Assembly (NCBI GenBank): GCA_046095085.1
Contig: JBJTIQ010000069.1
Span: 1-43,557, forward strand
DNA from: Actinomycetota bacterium
GTDB lineage: Bacteria; Actinomycetota; Actinomycetes; S36-B12
DNA length: 43,557 nucleotides
Reading direction: 5' to 3'
Shown: positions 9,438-18,684 of the stretch, one piece after another
How the letters are laid out: every line of letters starts with the position of its first letter
Position numbering within the stretch: position 1 is the first letter of the stretch
Position numbers and translations under genes: made by a program
The notes under the pieces: model-generated
Databases searched by the model: none
The model's input: only the letters and a program-made list of their open reading frames with translations
What the model was told of the DNA's origin: nothing

Positions 9438-9745
9438 CACAGCACCTCCTCGCCCTTGGCGGCCTTCTTGGACTTGAACATCCCGAGCATGCGGTCGGTT
9501 ACGACGAAGCCGCCGACCAGGTTGATCGCTCCCAGCAGGATGGCGATCACGCCGATGATCGTCTGCACAAGCGACGTGGAGGCACCCGTCACGGTGATGC
9601 CACCGATGAGAACGATGCCGTGGATCGCATTGGCGCCCGACATCAGCGGGGTGTGGAGGATGGTCGAGACCTTGGATACGACCTCGAATCCGACGAAGAT
9701 GCTGAGCACGAAAATGGTGAGGAGCGCAACGCCATCCATGCTCAC
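9437..9745 (-). CDS. pntAB: NAD(P) transhydrogenase subunit alpha part 2 (membrane)
   Basis: A 102-aa product with three TM segments, including HTPLMSGANAIHGIVLIGG. It overlaps both neighbouring pnt genes. Confidence 0.85.
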
Positions 9746-10881
9746 CCACCTCCCTGCAGGGCGGAGATGGCGGCGTCATTGCGGACGTTGCCGTCTAGCA
9801 CCACTGAGCAGCCGGCGATGATCTCGTCATCGGGATCCACGACCACCGCACCATCCTTAGAGACGAGAGTGAGCAGGGAGTAGACGTTCATGCCGTAGAG
9901 CTGCGAGGCATGGATGGGCATCTCGCTGGGCACGTCGCGCGCCCCCCAGACCACCACTTCGCCAAACATCACTTCCTCGCCCGGCAGAGAGCCCTCGACA
10001 TTGCCACCGGATTCACTCGCGAGGTCGACCACGACCGACCCGGCGCGCATGCCCTCCACCATCGCACGCGTCACGAGCAGCGGCGCCTGCCGTCCGGGCA
10101 CCGCTGCAGTGGTGATCACGGCATCGGCCTCGGCAATGTGAGGCGCGAGCAGGTCGCGCTGTCGAGCGGCGCGGTCATCGGACATCTCGCGGGCGTATCC
10201 GCCAGATCCCTCGAGGGCATCGAGGTCGAGGCTGATGAACGTCGCACCCATCGAGCGGACCTCGTCGGCGCTGGCCGCGCGTACGTCGTAGGCGGAGACC
10301 CGCGCGCCGAGCCGCTTGGCCGTGGCGATGGCCTGCAGCCCCGCCACGCCCGCGCCCAGGACCAGCACGCGTGCGGGCTGGATCGTGCCGGCGGCCGTCA
10401 TGAAGAGCGGGAAGAACTTCGGGAGGCGGTCGGCAGCCACGAGGGCTGCGCGATATCCGGTGACCAGTGACTGAGACGTCAGCGCATCCATCGACTGCGC
10501 CCGCGAGATACGTGGCACGAGGTCGAAGGACAGTCCGGTGGCACCCGCATCATGGAGACCGCGAATCGTGTCGAGGTCAATGGCCGGCGATAGGAACGAC
10601 ACGGCGACTGCCCCCGGCCGCAGGCGCTTGGCGCGGACGTAGTCGAGGGGGCGAACGCTCGCTACGACATCAGCGGCCGCCAAGGCGTCGTCCATGCCCG
10701 ACGTCGGCACCACCAGCGCTCCAGCAGCCGCGTAGTCGGCGTCTTTGGCGTAGGCCAGATCGCCGGCGCCGGACTCGATGACGACCTCATAGCCGAGCTG
10801 GCGGAACTTGCCCACGACGGAGGGGAGGACCGCCACGCGTCGCTCGCCCGGACGTGTCTCTCCGGGGACGAGAAGCCTCAT
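9742..10881 (-). CDS. pntAA: NAD(P) transhydrogenase subunit alpha part 1 (alanine-dehydrogenase-like)
   Basis: ETRPGERRVAVLPSVV, Rossmann motif VLVLGAGVAGLQAIATAKRLGA, and operon position upstream of pntAB and pntB. Confidence 0.9.
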   Translation of the reverse strand: MRLLVPGETRPGERRVAVLPSVVGKFRQLGYEVVIESGAGDLAYAKDADYAAAGALVVPTSGMDDALAAADVVASVRPLDYVRAKRLRPGAVAVSFLSPAIDLDTIRGLHDAGATGLSFDLVPRISRAQSMDALTSQSLVTGYRAALVAADRLPKFFPLFMTAAGTIQPARVLVLGAGVAGLQAIATAKRLGARVSAYDVRAASADEVRSMGATFISLDLDALEGSGGYAREMSDDRAARQRDLLAPHIAEADAVITTAAVPGRQAPLLVTRAMVEGMRAGSVVVDLASESGGNVEGSLPGEEVMFGEVVVWGARDVPSEMPIHASQLYGMNVYSLLTLVSKDGAVVVDPDDEIIAGCSVVLDGNVRNDAAISALQGGG

Positions 10882-10921
10882 CTGAACCTCCGGGGCAGGA
10901 GCCTACGGCTACCGTGGTGAC

Positions 10922-11923
10922 GTGCGCGGACCCCTCACCCTGATCCGCGGAATCCGCCATCCCGAGGCCTTTCACGGCACCGGGCTCGACGGTGGATTCT
11001 TCGAGGGGTGGTACGTCAAAGTAGCGGATTCCCAGCAGATCGCTCGCTGGGCGTTCATCCCCGGGGTCTTCCGTGGGCACGACGGCACCACCACTACCGA
11101 CGAGGCCTTCCTGCAGGTGCTCGACGGCGCCACCGGCGAGTCCGCCTACTACCGCTACGACGCACAGGACTTCACCGCGGCCACGGATCGCTTCGACGTC
11201 TGGGTGGGCCCGCACCACTTCTCCAGCGACGGACTCAGTGTGCGACTCCCCCATCTTCAAGGAGACATCGAGTTCACGACGCCCATGGATCCCTGGCCCG
11301 TGACGTGGCGTCGTCCGGGCATCATGGGCTGGTACGCGTGGGTGCCCATGATGGAGTGCTACCACGGCGTCGTGTCCTTCGGCCACGATCTGCGCGGCGT
11401 GCTGACGGTCAACGGCCAACGCCAGGACTTCGACGGCGGGCGCGGCTACATCGAGAAGGACTGGGGGCGAGCATTCCCCGCCGGCTACGTCTGGATGCAT
11501 TCGCAGCATTTCGTCGGCGAACCCACCGCGTGCCTCGTCGCGTCGGTTGCCATCATCCCGTGGCTGCGCTCGTCGTTTCGCGGCTTCATCGTGGGCCTGA
11601 GACTCGGAGCCGATCTCCACACCTGGGCCACCTACAACGGCTCGCGCGAGCGCTGGCTGGAAATCGACGAGACCCACGTCCGCTGGGCCATCGACGGCCC
11701 TTCCGGATCGCTCGAGCTCTCCGCGGAGCGCAAGCGCGGTGGCCTTCTCCGCGCACCCATCCGCACGCGGATGCACGAGCGTGTCGAGGAAACCCTGGAT
11801 GCGGTCATAGCCGTGCGGTATATCGCGCCGGACGGACGCGTGGTCCTCGACACGACTGCGACCACGGCCGGCCTCGAGGTTCATGGCGACCTCGAACGAC
11901 TGCTGGCCGTGGGCACGCGCTAG
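10922..11923 (+). CDS. tocopherol-cyclase-like family protein (function unknown in bacteria)
   Basis: GTG start. HPEAFHG...FFEGWYVKV, GYIEKDWGRAFP and WMHSQHF resemble the tocopherol cyclase fold family. The assignment is by recalled motif similarity only. Confidence 0.45.
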   Translation: MRGPLTLIRGIRHPEAFHGTGLDGGFFEGWYVKVADSQQIARWAFIPGVFRGHDGTTTTDEAFLQVLDGATGESAYYRYDAQDFTAATDRFDVWVGPHHFSSDGLSVRLPHLQGDIEFTTPMDPWPVTWRRPGIMGWYAWVPMMECYHGVVSFGHDLRGVLTVNGQRQDFDGGRGYIEKDWGRAFPAGYVWMHSQHFVGEPTACLVASVAIIPWLRSSFRGFIVGLRLGADLHTWATYNGSRERWLEIDETHVRWAIDGPSGSLELSAERKRGGLLRAPIRTRMHERVEETLDAVIAVRYIAPDGRVVLDTTATTAGLEVHGDLERLLAVGTR

Positions 11924-11968
11924 GCAGGATGTCCGGCGAGCCCGCTCGCCACACGGCAGGATGTCCGC

Positions 11969-12973
11969 ATGGCAAAGACACCTCTCAGCCCTCGACAGTG
12001 GCATCCTCCCAAGGACGTCGGCCTCCGTGGTCCCTTCGCGCCCAATGCCGCGCTGGCCGACGTCGACGTCATTCCCATCCCCGGCACGGGGGCCGAGGAT
12101 GTCGCTGTCGACAGCCAGGGGCGCATCTACACCGGCACCCGCGAGGGCTACATCCTGCGCATCTCCCCCGATGGGCGCCACGTCGAACGCATCGTGCAAA
12201 CGGGCGGGCGTCCCCTTGGGATCGAGATCCACCCCGACGGCTACCTCATCGTGTGCGACGCGCATCGCGGCCTGCTTCGCATCCATCCCGACACCGCGGA
12301 GGTGGAGGTCCTCATCAGCGAGGTCCACGGAGTACCGCTGCGCATAACCAACAACTGCGCGATCGCAGCCGATGGGACCATCTACTTCTCCGACTCATCC
12401 CAAGACTTCGGCCTCGATGAGTTCAAGGGCGACATTATCGCCCACACGGGCAGTGGCCGACTGCTGCGCAGGCAGCCCGATGGCACGATCGAGGTGCTGC
12501 TCGACGGCCTCAACTTCGCCAACGGTGTCGCCCTCGCTGACGACGAGTCCTTCGTCCTTGTTGCCGAGACCAGCGGCTACAGCGTGGTGCGTCTGGACCT
12601 GACCGGCCCCTCCGCGGGCCGTCGTTCAGTGATCATCGAGAACCTTCCGGGGCTTCCCGACAACATGTCGACAGGGTCCGATGGGGTCTTTTGGATCGCG
12701 ATGCCATCCGTCCGCAACAAGCTCCTCGACCTACTCCTGCCCAGGCCAGGATTCCTGCGCAAGGCCATCTGGGCGATGCCCGACAGGTTGCAGCCGGATG
12801 CGTCCCGCATCACCTGGGTCATCGGCATCAACGGTGAAGGCACCGTCGTTCGCAACCTGCAAGGACCGGGGACCGCTTATCACTACGTCACCGGGGTCCG
12901 CGAGTACGACGGCAAGCTCTATCTCGGCAGCCTGGTCGAGCCCGGCGTGGCCGTCGTCGAGTTGAAGCGCTAG
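11969..12973 (+). CDS. strictosidine-synthase-like / SMP-30-gluconolactonase-type beta-propeller protein
   Basis: The pattern AEDVAVDSQGRIYTG, RPLGIEIHPDG.LIVCDA, TNNCAIAADGTIYFSDSS, FANGVAL and DNMSTGSDGVFWIA is typical of the Str_synth/SGL six-bladed propeller. Confidence 0.6.
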   Translation: MAKTPLSPRQWHPPKDVGLRGPFAPNAALADVDVIPIPGTGAEDVAVDSQGRIYTGTREGYILRISPDGRHVERIVQTGGRPLGIEIHPDGYLIVCDAHRGLLRIHPDTAEVEVLISEVHGVPLRITNNCAIAADGTIYFSDSSQDFGLDEFKGDIIAHTGSGRLLRRQPDGTIEVLLDGLNFANGVALADDESFVLVAETSGYSVVRLDLTGPSAGRRSVIIENLPGLPDNMSTGSDGVFWIAMPSVRNKLLDLLLPRPGFLRKAIWAMPDRLQPDASRITWVIGINGEGTVVRNLQGPGTAYHYVTGVREYDGKLYLGSLVEPGVAVVELKR

Positions 12974-14607
12974 ACGCGCTTCTTCAGCGCATCGGTCAGG
13001 CGCGTGAGCGCCGGACTGCGGTCGGTCTTGGGCACGACCGCGCGAATGATGCACAGCGAGTCGGTGGCGAGCGCCTCGGTGAGGGCATCGTCGAACTCAT
13101 CTTCGGTGGTCGCCAACCACCCCTTGCCAACTCCAAACACCTCGGTCAACTTCTCCGAGGAGAGGTGAGGGATGTCGTTGTAGGTGCCATCCATCATCGG
13201 TCGCTGCGTGCCATAGCCCTCGTTGTCGAGCACGACGATCAGGGGCTTCACGCCGTGGTAGGCCACAGAGGCCGCCTCGAGACCGGTCATCGCGAAGGCC
13301 CCATCTCCCACGAGGACCACGGGACGAAGCTCTGGATGCGCAAGTCCGGCACCGAGGGATGCGGGGACGGCGTAACCCATGGTTGCGTAGTAGGCACTGG
13401 CCAGGCACCAGTTGGGGCTTGTCAGGTCGACCGACGCAAACAGGCACTCGCCCGGGTCGACGATCAGGCCGTGACGCTCATCGAGGTGCGCATCGATCGC
13501 CGTGATGAAGCGTGCCACCGAGAGAGGCTCGCCCGGCTTGGCCTCGAAGGGGTGCCGCTCGCGCATCGAACCTTCGGGCATCGGGTTGGGCTTGAGCCCA
13601 CCCTTCTGCGCCGCCGCTGCCAGAGCCGGGACAAAGGCCCACAGGGGGACGTCGCGGTAGGTGCGCATGCCGATGGTGACCTCGGCGTCGTGTACGTCGA
13701 TTCGTCGATTGGGATCCAGGTGCGCGGTGAAGGCCCCCATCGTGAGGTCGGTATTGAGCACGCCGACACTGAGGATCATGGCGGCGTTCTCCACCTTGTC
13801 GACGACCTCTGCCGGGGAGACCGCCCCCATGTAGACACCGAGGGACAGCGGATGCCTCTCAGACAGCACGCCACGGGACAGGGAACTGGTGGCAACCGGA
13901 GCGTGGGCCCACTTGGCAGCCTCGATCAACTCGTCGCCTAGCCCGCGGCGCCAGGCCATGACGCCGATGTGCATGATCGTCGAATCGCTGTCACGCAGGT
14001 GCTCGAGAGCGTCTTCGACCGCGGCCTCGAGGTGGGCCTCGTTAACCGTGGGCAGGTGCTGGCGCAGCTTGCCCCGGGGGGGCGCGATCGGCACTTCCAC
14101 CATGTCTCGCGGTATCTCGAGGTAGCCCGGGCGCTGTTCGGAGAGGATCTCGGCGATCACCCGATCGATCTCGTCCGCGGCGATGGCCGGATTCGACAGG
14201 ACGGCCTGCGCCACCGTCAGTTCCTCGAAGACGGCCAGTTGGGAATCGAAATTCTTGATCTTGTGGTGGAGCATCACGTCGCCGGCTCGCTCACGTAGTC
14301 CGGGAGCTCCGGAGATGACGAGTAGGGGAACCTGCTCGGCCCAGGCGCCCGCAACCGTGTTGGCGATCTTCAGGCCACCGACGCCATAGGTCACGGCCAC
14401 CACGCCTAGTCCCTTGAGCCGGGCGTAGGCGTCCGCAGCGAAGGCGGCGCCCTGCTCGTCTGCGGTGACCTTGATGTGAAATCCGTCCTGCTCGAGGTCG
14501 GTGAACAGCCGGAGCGCGTAGTCGCCGACGATGCCGAAGCCGAACTCCACGCCTCTTTCCCTCAGGCGCGCAGCGAGGTGGAGTGGGATCGTCAGCTCGT
14601 CCGACAT
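12970..14607 (-). CDS. thiamine-diphosphate-dependent 2-keto-acid decarboxylase (indolepyruvate/phenylpyruvate decarboxylase family)
   Basis: N-terminal PYR domain (GIVGDYALRLF, EQGAAFAADAYARL, TYGVGGL) and C-terminal TPP motif VLVGDGAFAMT...VLDNEGYG. Product is 545 aa. Confidence 0.8.
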   Translation of the reverse strand: MSDELTIPLHLAARLRERGVEFGFGIVGDYALRLFTDLEQDGFHIKVTADEQGAAFAADAYARLKGLGVVAVTYGVGGLKIANTVAGAWAEQVPLLVISGAPGLRERAGDVMLHHKIKNFDSQLAVFEELTVAQAVLSNPAIAADEIDRVIAEILSEQRPGYLEIPRDMVEVPIAPPRGKLRQHLPTVNEAHLEAAVEDALEHLRDSDSTIMHIGVMAWRRGLGDELIEAAKWAHAPVATSSLSRGVLSERHPLSLGVYMGAVSPAEVVDKVENAAMILSVGVLNTDLTMGAFTAHLDPNRRIDVHDAEVTIGMRTYRDVPLWAFVPALAAAAQKGGLKPNPMPEGSMRERHPFEAKPGEPLSVARFITAIDAHLDERHGLIVDPGECLFASVDLTSPNWCLASAYYATMGYAVPASLGAGLAHPELRPVVLVGDGAFAMTGLEAASVAYHGVKPLIVVLDNEGYGTQRPMMDGTYNDIPHLSSEKLTEVFGVGKGWLATTEDEFDDALTEALATDSLCIIRAVVPKTDRSPALTRLTDALKKRV

Positions 14608-14625
14608 GCGTCGCAGGCTAGCGCC

Positions 14626-15348
14626 TCACGCCTCCAGCTCCGGGTGCGGACCATCGTCGGGCTCCTCCGCGACCGCGCGCGCACCAGCCAGCCAGCCGAC
14701 CAACTTCAATCCGTAGCCGACAGAGGGCCCGATCAACAATGCGAAGGCAAGGGTTCCGATGCCCACCGTGCCGCCGAGGAGCCAGCCCGCGGCGAGCACG
14801 ACAACTTCAATGCTCAGCCGGATGGGAGTCACGGCGATGCCAGTGCGCTCGTGAATCCCGGTCATCAGACCATCGCGAGGACCCGGCCCGAGGTTGGTGG
14901 TCAGGTAGAGACCACTGCCGATTCCGACAAGGAGGATGCCGATCGCCACCTGGATCAGGCGGAGGCCCAGGCCATCGGGTTCGGGCAGCACCCACACCAT
15001 GACCTGGAGGGCCGTGGCGATCACGATCGCATTGGCGATCGTTCCCAGGCCCGGGCGTTCGCGAAGCGGAATCCACAGCAGGAGCACGACCACGCTGGTC
15101 ATGAAGGTGGCGACGCCGATCTCCAGGCCCGACCGCACCGAGATGCCCTGGGCTAGAACCGTCCAGGGTGCGTTGCCGAGCGCAGCGTCAACCAGCATGG
15201 CCTCACCGGTGCCAAAAAGCCAGAGTCCGACGACGAGAACGACGAATGTCGCGGGGCCGGTGCGCCACCGCGAGCCCTCACTTCGCCAGCGAGTGATGGG
15301 AATCGTGCGCGAGGGGACGATACGACGCCACCACTCGCGCACGGTCAC
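14626..15348 (-). CDS. YczE/YitT-like integral membrane protein
   Basis: GTG start. Six predicted hydrophobic segments. GTGEAMLVDAALGNAPWTVLAQGIS resembles the YczE family. Function unknown. Confidence 0.5.
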   Translation of the reverse strand: MTVREWWRRIVPSRTIPITRWRSEGSRWRTGPATFVVLVVGLWLFGTGEAMLVDAALGNAPWTVLAQGISVRSGLEIGVATFMTSVVVLLLWIPLRERPGLGTIANAIVIATALQVMVWVLPEPDGLGLRLIQVAIGILLVGIGSGLYLTTNLGPGPRDGLMTGIHERTGIAVTPIRLSIEVVVLAAGWLLGGTVGIGTLAFALLIGPSVGYGLKLVGWLAGARAVAEEPDDGPHPELEA

Positions 15349-15366
15349 GAGCGCCGACCCTAGCCG

Positions 15367-16596
15367 CTAGTCGACGATTGCCCGGCGCGGGCCGATCCCC
15401 CAGTGGACGTAGTTCCACGCCCAGTCCGCAAGGACGCTCATGCGATTGCGACCACCCGCGAGGTAGACCACGTGCAGGCCCAGCCACGCGAGCCATGCCA
15501 GGGTGCCGTGCAGCCGCAAGCCCTGCGGGGTCTCCGCCACCGCTCGACGGCGCCCGATGGTTGCCATCTGGCCCTTGTCGACGTATCGGAACGGCTCGAT
15601 CTCGTTGCCTGCCGTCATGGCCGCGATACTTCGCGCCGCATGCCGGCCCATCTGCATGGCGACGGGAGCCACCATCGGAAGCGGCGCATCGCCCGGCTCG
15701 CCAATGAAGGCGGCCGTGTCACCGACGACCCAGACATCTGGCACGCCCGGCAGGCGAAGGAACTCATCGACGACCAGCCGACGCGAGGGGCCGGTGGGGG
15801 CCAACTGCCCCCACATCTCAGGAGCGGCGACGCCGGCTGCCCACACGACGGTGCCGGCCGGGAGGATCTCGCCCGACTTCAGATGCACATCGGTGGCGTA
15901 CATCCGATCGACCATCGTGTCGACCTTGACGATGACCCCGAGCTGTTCGAGTTCGGCCTTGGCGTGGGCGCTGGATTTCTCTGTGAATGACGGGAGCAGG
16001 CGCGGGCCGGCCTCGACGAGTGTGACGCTCGCGCGTGACGCGATATCGGGGTACTCCCTCTTCATGGTCGACTGCAGCTCCGCGACGGCTCCACTGACCT
16101 CGACACCGGTGGGGCCACCGCCCACGACGACCACCTTGAGCGCGTCTCGCGATAGGCGCCCCTCCTGGACATCCTCGTAGGTCACCAGTAGGCGCTTCTT
16201 GATGGCGCGGGCCTCGACGATCGTCTTCATCTGCAGGGCGTGCTCGTCGACTCCGGGGATGCCGAACGTCGTGCCGACGCTCCCAGTCGCGATGATCAAT
16301 TGGTCGTAGGAGATCTGCGTGCCGTCGTACAGCCGGATGCGGTGACCCTCAGGGTCGACTCGCACCACCTCTCCGCGGACGAAATCCACGCCCGGGATCG
16401 CCGCACGCACGGGGTAGGCGATGTCGTCCTCGGGCAGCGCCCCCGTCGCCACCTGATAGAGCAGGGGGCTGAACAACTGGTAGGGATGGCGATCGACGAT
16501 GACGACGTCGATATCGGGCGACTTGCGCAGCACCTTTGCCGCATCCAGACCCCCGAAGCCGGCGCCGATGATCACAACCTTGGTTCGGGGGCCCAT
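15367..16596 (-). CDS. ndh: type II NADH dehydrogenase (NDH-2) / FAD-dependent pyridine nucleotide-disulfide oxidoreductase
   Basis: KVVIIGAGFGGL and VVVGGGPTGVE dinucleotide folds; LFSPLLYQVATG and VGDTAAF motifs. Confidence 0.85.
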   Translation of the reverse strand: MGPRTKVVIIGAGFGGLDAAKVLRKSPDIDVVIVDRHPYQLFSPLLYQVATGALPEDDIAYPVRAAIPGVDFVRGEVVRVDPEGHRIRLYDGTQISYDQLIIATGSVGTTFGIPGVDEHALQMKTIVEARAIKKRLLVTYEDVQEGRLSRDALKVVVVGGGPTGVEVSGAVAELQSTMKREYPDIASRASVTLVEAGPRLLPSFTEKSSAHAKAELEQLGVIVKVDTMVDRMYATDVHLKSGEILPAGTVVWAAGVAAPEMWGQLAPTGPSRRLVVDEFLRLPGVPDVWVVGDTAAFIGEPGDAPLPMVAPVAMQMGRHAARSIAAMTAGNEIEPFRYVDKGQMATIGRRRAVAETPQGLRLHGTLAWLAWLGLHVVYLAGGRNRMSVLADWAWNYVHWGIGPRRAIVD

Positions 16597-16628
16597 GGCG
16601 GGATGGTGCCAGTGCCCGGGGGATTGCG

Positions 16629-17087
16629 CTAGGCGAGGCAGATGTCGTCAAGCGGAGGTGCCCCGGACTCCGCCCCGACGAGGGTGGCGTAAAGACGCGC
16701 ACAGTCAGCACTCACCTGCTCGCTCTGCTGCGCGACATCCCGGAGGATGACAAGCGCCTCGTCAAGCCCGCCGGCCGACTTCACGGCCTCGAGCTGGATC
16801 CGGACCTGGTCGAAGGGATCCAGACTGGATCCGGGCACCGGGGGCGCCGAGAGCCGAGCGATGTCTTCCTCGCTGAGTTCGGGAACGCCGATGCCATGGC
16901 GGTGCGCCTCCGCCGCCACGATGTCGGCGACCGTTGGGAGCTCGTCGACGGCACTGACGTCGTCGTTTTGGGCCGCTCCCCACACCAGGAGGCCGACCAG
17001 GCCCAGGCACGCGAGGGCCAGGGAGATGACTCCTGCCCGCACGACCATGGATGACACGTGTCGATAGTCGCCCATGGAAATTGCCAT
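16629..17087 (-). CDS. hypothetical membrane-anchored protein
   Basis: Codon bias is consistent with coding. One N-terminal TM segment (VISLALACLGLVGLLVW) and two C-terminal Cys. No recognisable family; start uncertain. Confidence 0.4.
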   Translation of the reverse strand: MAISMGDYRHVSSMVVRAGVISLALACLGLVGLLVWGAAQNDDVSAVDELPTVADIVAAEAHRHGIGVPELSEEDIARLSAPPVPGSSLDPFDQVRIQLEAVKSAGGLDEALVILRDVAQQSEQVSADCARLYATLVGAESGAPPLDDICLA

Positions 17088-17143
17088 GTCTACGCCAGGC
17101 GTGGCGACACACCCGACCGGCAGCGGCCACCTAGCGTCGGAGC

Positions 17144-18655
17144 GTGCCCACTCTCAGTCCCCCCGCCACGCGTCCGTGGTGGTCGCTCATCGCCCTATGC
17201 CTCGTTACGGCTCTGGTGTGGGTGACAGCCAGCGACATCAGCATCGCCCTGCCGACGATCGGCCGCGAACTCGGCGGAAGCATGGACGTCCTGCAATGGG
17301 CGGTCAACGGCTACTTCCTAGCCGGCGCCTTCATCATCGTCGGCGGCCGGATCGGTGATCTCTTCGGTCGGCGCCTGGTCTTCCTGTGCGGAACGCTGCT
17401 CATCGTCGTCGGCTCCATGGTCGCGGGTCTCGCCGTCAACCCGTGGATGCTGATCGTGGGCCGTGTCATCGAGGGCCTCGGTGCGGCAGCGGTTCTGCCC
17501 ACGGCCCTCGCCATGATCGCGGTGACATTCTCAGGCAAGCAGCGCGACACCGCGATCGCCGCGTGGATCGCGGTGTGCTGGGGAGCTCAGGCGCTCGGGC
17601 CGCTCGTCGGCGGAGTCATCATCAACGGACTCGGGTGGCGGTGGATCTTCTGGATCAACCTGCCCATCGCGCTCGTGGCCATCGCGCTCCTCCTGTGGAG
17701 CACTGCGGAGAGCAGAGATACCAATGCCGCGAGGTCTATCGACGTGCCGGGAGTCATCACCCTGGTCGGCGGCATCTTCCTGCTGTCTTGCGCACTGGTC
17801 TTCGCCGATGACATCGGCGTGGTCGGCTTCCTGGGCATGCTGGCCGGTGCGGTGATCCTGCTCGTGCTCTTCATATTCATCGAACGTCGGTCCAAGAACC
17901 CCATCGTGGTCCTGTCGATCTTCCGCAAGCGACGCTTCGACGGTGCGGTCTCGGCCAACCTCATCGCCAACATGGTCTTCGGGGCCGTCGTCTTCTTCAT
18001 GGCCCTCTACCTGCAGGTCGTCGAGGGCTACGACCCGCTCACGGCCGGCCTACTGTTGCTGCCGGCCACCATCCCGATCCTGCTGGTCAATCCCCTGGGC
18101 AACTGGCTCGGGCAGCGATTCGGCCCCGCCCTGCCCACGGCCGTAGGCATGGTCTTCCTCGCCGTGGCGGCGATCCTGCTGCTGCGACTCAGCGGCTCCT
18201 ACACCGACCTGATCGCGCCCTTCATCTTGATCGGCATCGGCATCGGGCTGCAGATCACTCCGTGCGCGGCGACCGCGGTAGAGGATCCGGGCGAGGCCGG
18301 CGAAGGCGTCGTCTCCGGCGTGTTCAAGGCCGCTTCCATGATCGGCGGATCCCTCGGCGTGGCCATCAGCACCGCCGTCTTCCAGTCGAGCGCGCGCAGC
18401 CAGCTTGAGAGCCTGCTTTCCTCCCCCACCGCCGAGACGCTCACCAAGGTGATGTCTGCCCTCTCGGGGGGTATCAGTGTCAACGACATTGCCCAGCTCG
18501 TGCCCGGAGATGCGCAGCAACTCATCAGCGACGTATTCGACAAGGCCGTCGGGCTCGCCATGTGGCCAGCCATCATCGCCTCGCTGATCGGCGTGGTGGT
18601 CGCTATCGTGCTCCTGCGCGGCCGCCCTGTCGCCGGTGAACCCACCGGTCACTGA
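17144..18655 (+). CDS. MFS transporter, DHA2 (EmrB/QacA-like, about 14 TMS) drug/H+ antiporter family
   Basis: GTG start. MFS motif A GGRIGDLFGRRLVF, about 14 hydrophobic segments, 503 aa. Confidence 0.85.
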   Translation: MPTLSPPATRPWWSLIALCLVTALVWVTASDISIALPTIGRELGGSMDVLQWAVNGYFLAGAFIIVGGRIGDLFGRRLVFLCGTLLIVVGSMVAGLAVNPWMLIVGRVIEGLGAAAVLPTALAMIAVTFSGKQRDTAIAAWIAVCWGAQALGPLVGGVIINGLGWRWIFWINLPIALVAIALLLWSTAESRDTNAARSIDVPGVITLVGGIFLLSCALVFADDIGVVGFLGMLAGAVILLVLFIFIERRSKNPIVVLSIFRKRRFDGAVSANLIANMVFGAVVFFMALYLQVVEGYDPLTAGLLLLPATIPILLVNPLGNWLGQRFGPALPTAVGMVFLAVAAILLLRLSGSYTDLIAPFILIGIGIGLQITPCAATAVEDPGEAGEGVVSGVFKAASMIGGSLGVAISTAVFQSSARSQLESLLSSPTAETLTKVMSALSGGISVNDIAQLVPGDAQQLISDVFDKAVGLAMWPAIIASLIGVVVAIVLLRGRPVAGEPTGH

Positions 18656-18684
18656 CCGCGCTCACGACGAGACCGAGGAGTTTC

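Noticed and set aside
9438-9779. N-terminal extension of the pntB ORF (572 aa as listed). Analogous 5' extensions occur in ORFs 26023..27501, 24360..25427, 32564..34033, 40307..41353, 6670..7647, 3957..5396, 4880..6193, 2022..2630, 1271..2047 and 6604..7929.
   Set aside because: The extensions overlap the upstream gene in another frame and are Arg/Pro-rich. In each case an internal ATG or GTG with an SD, or a stop-start overlap, gives a protein of the length expected for its family.
10787-12328. A 513-aa ORF on the minus strand, plus the 470-aa plus-strand ORF 11008..12420, spanning the tocopherol-cyclase-like and propeller genes
   Set aside because: The translations are Arg/Gly/Pro/Ala-rich and low in complexity, with no recognisable motifs. 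They lie antisense or out of frame to ORFs that have clear family signatures. These are typical shadow ORFs in roughly 70% GC DNA.
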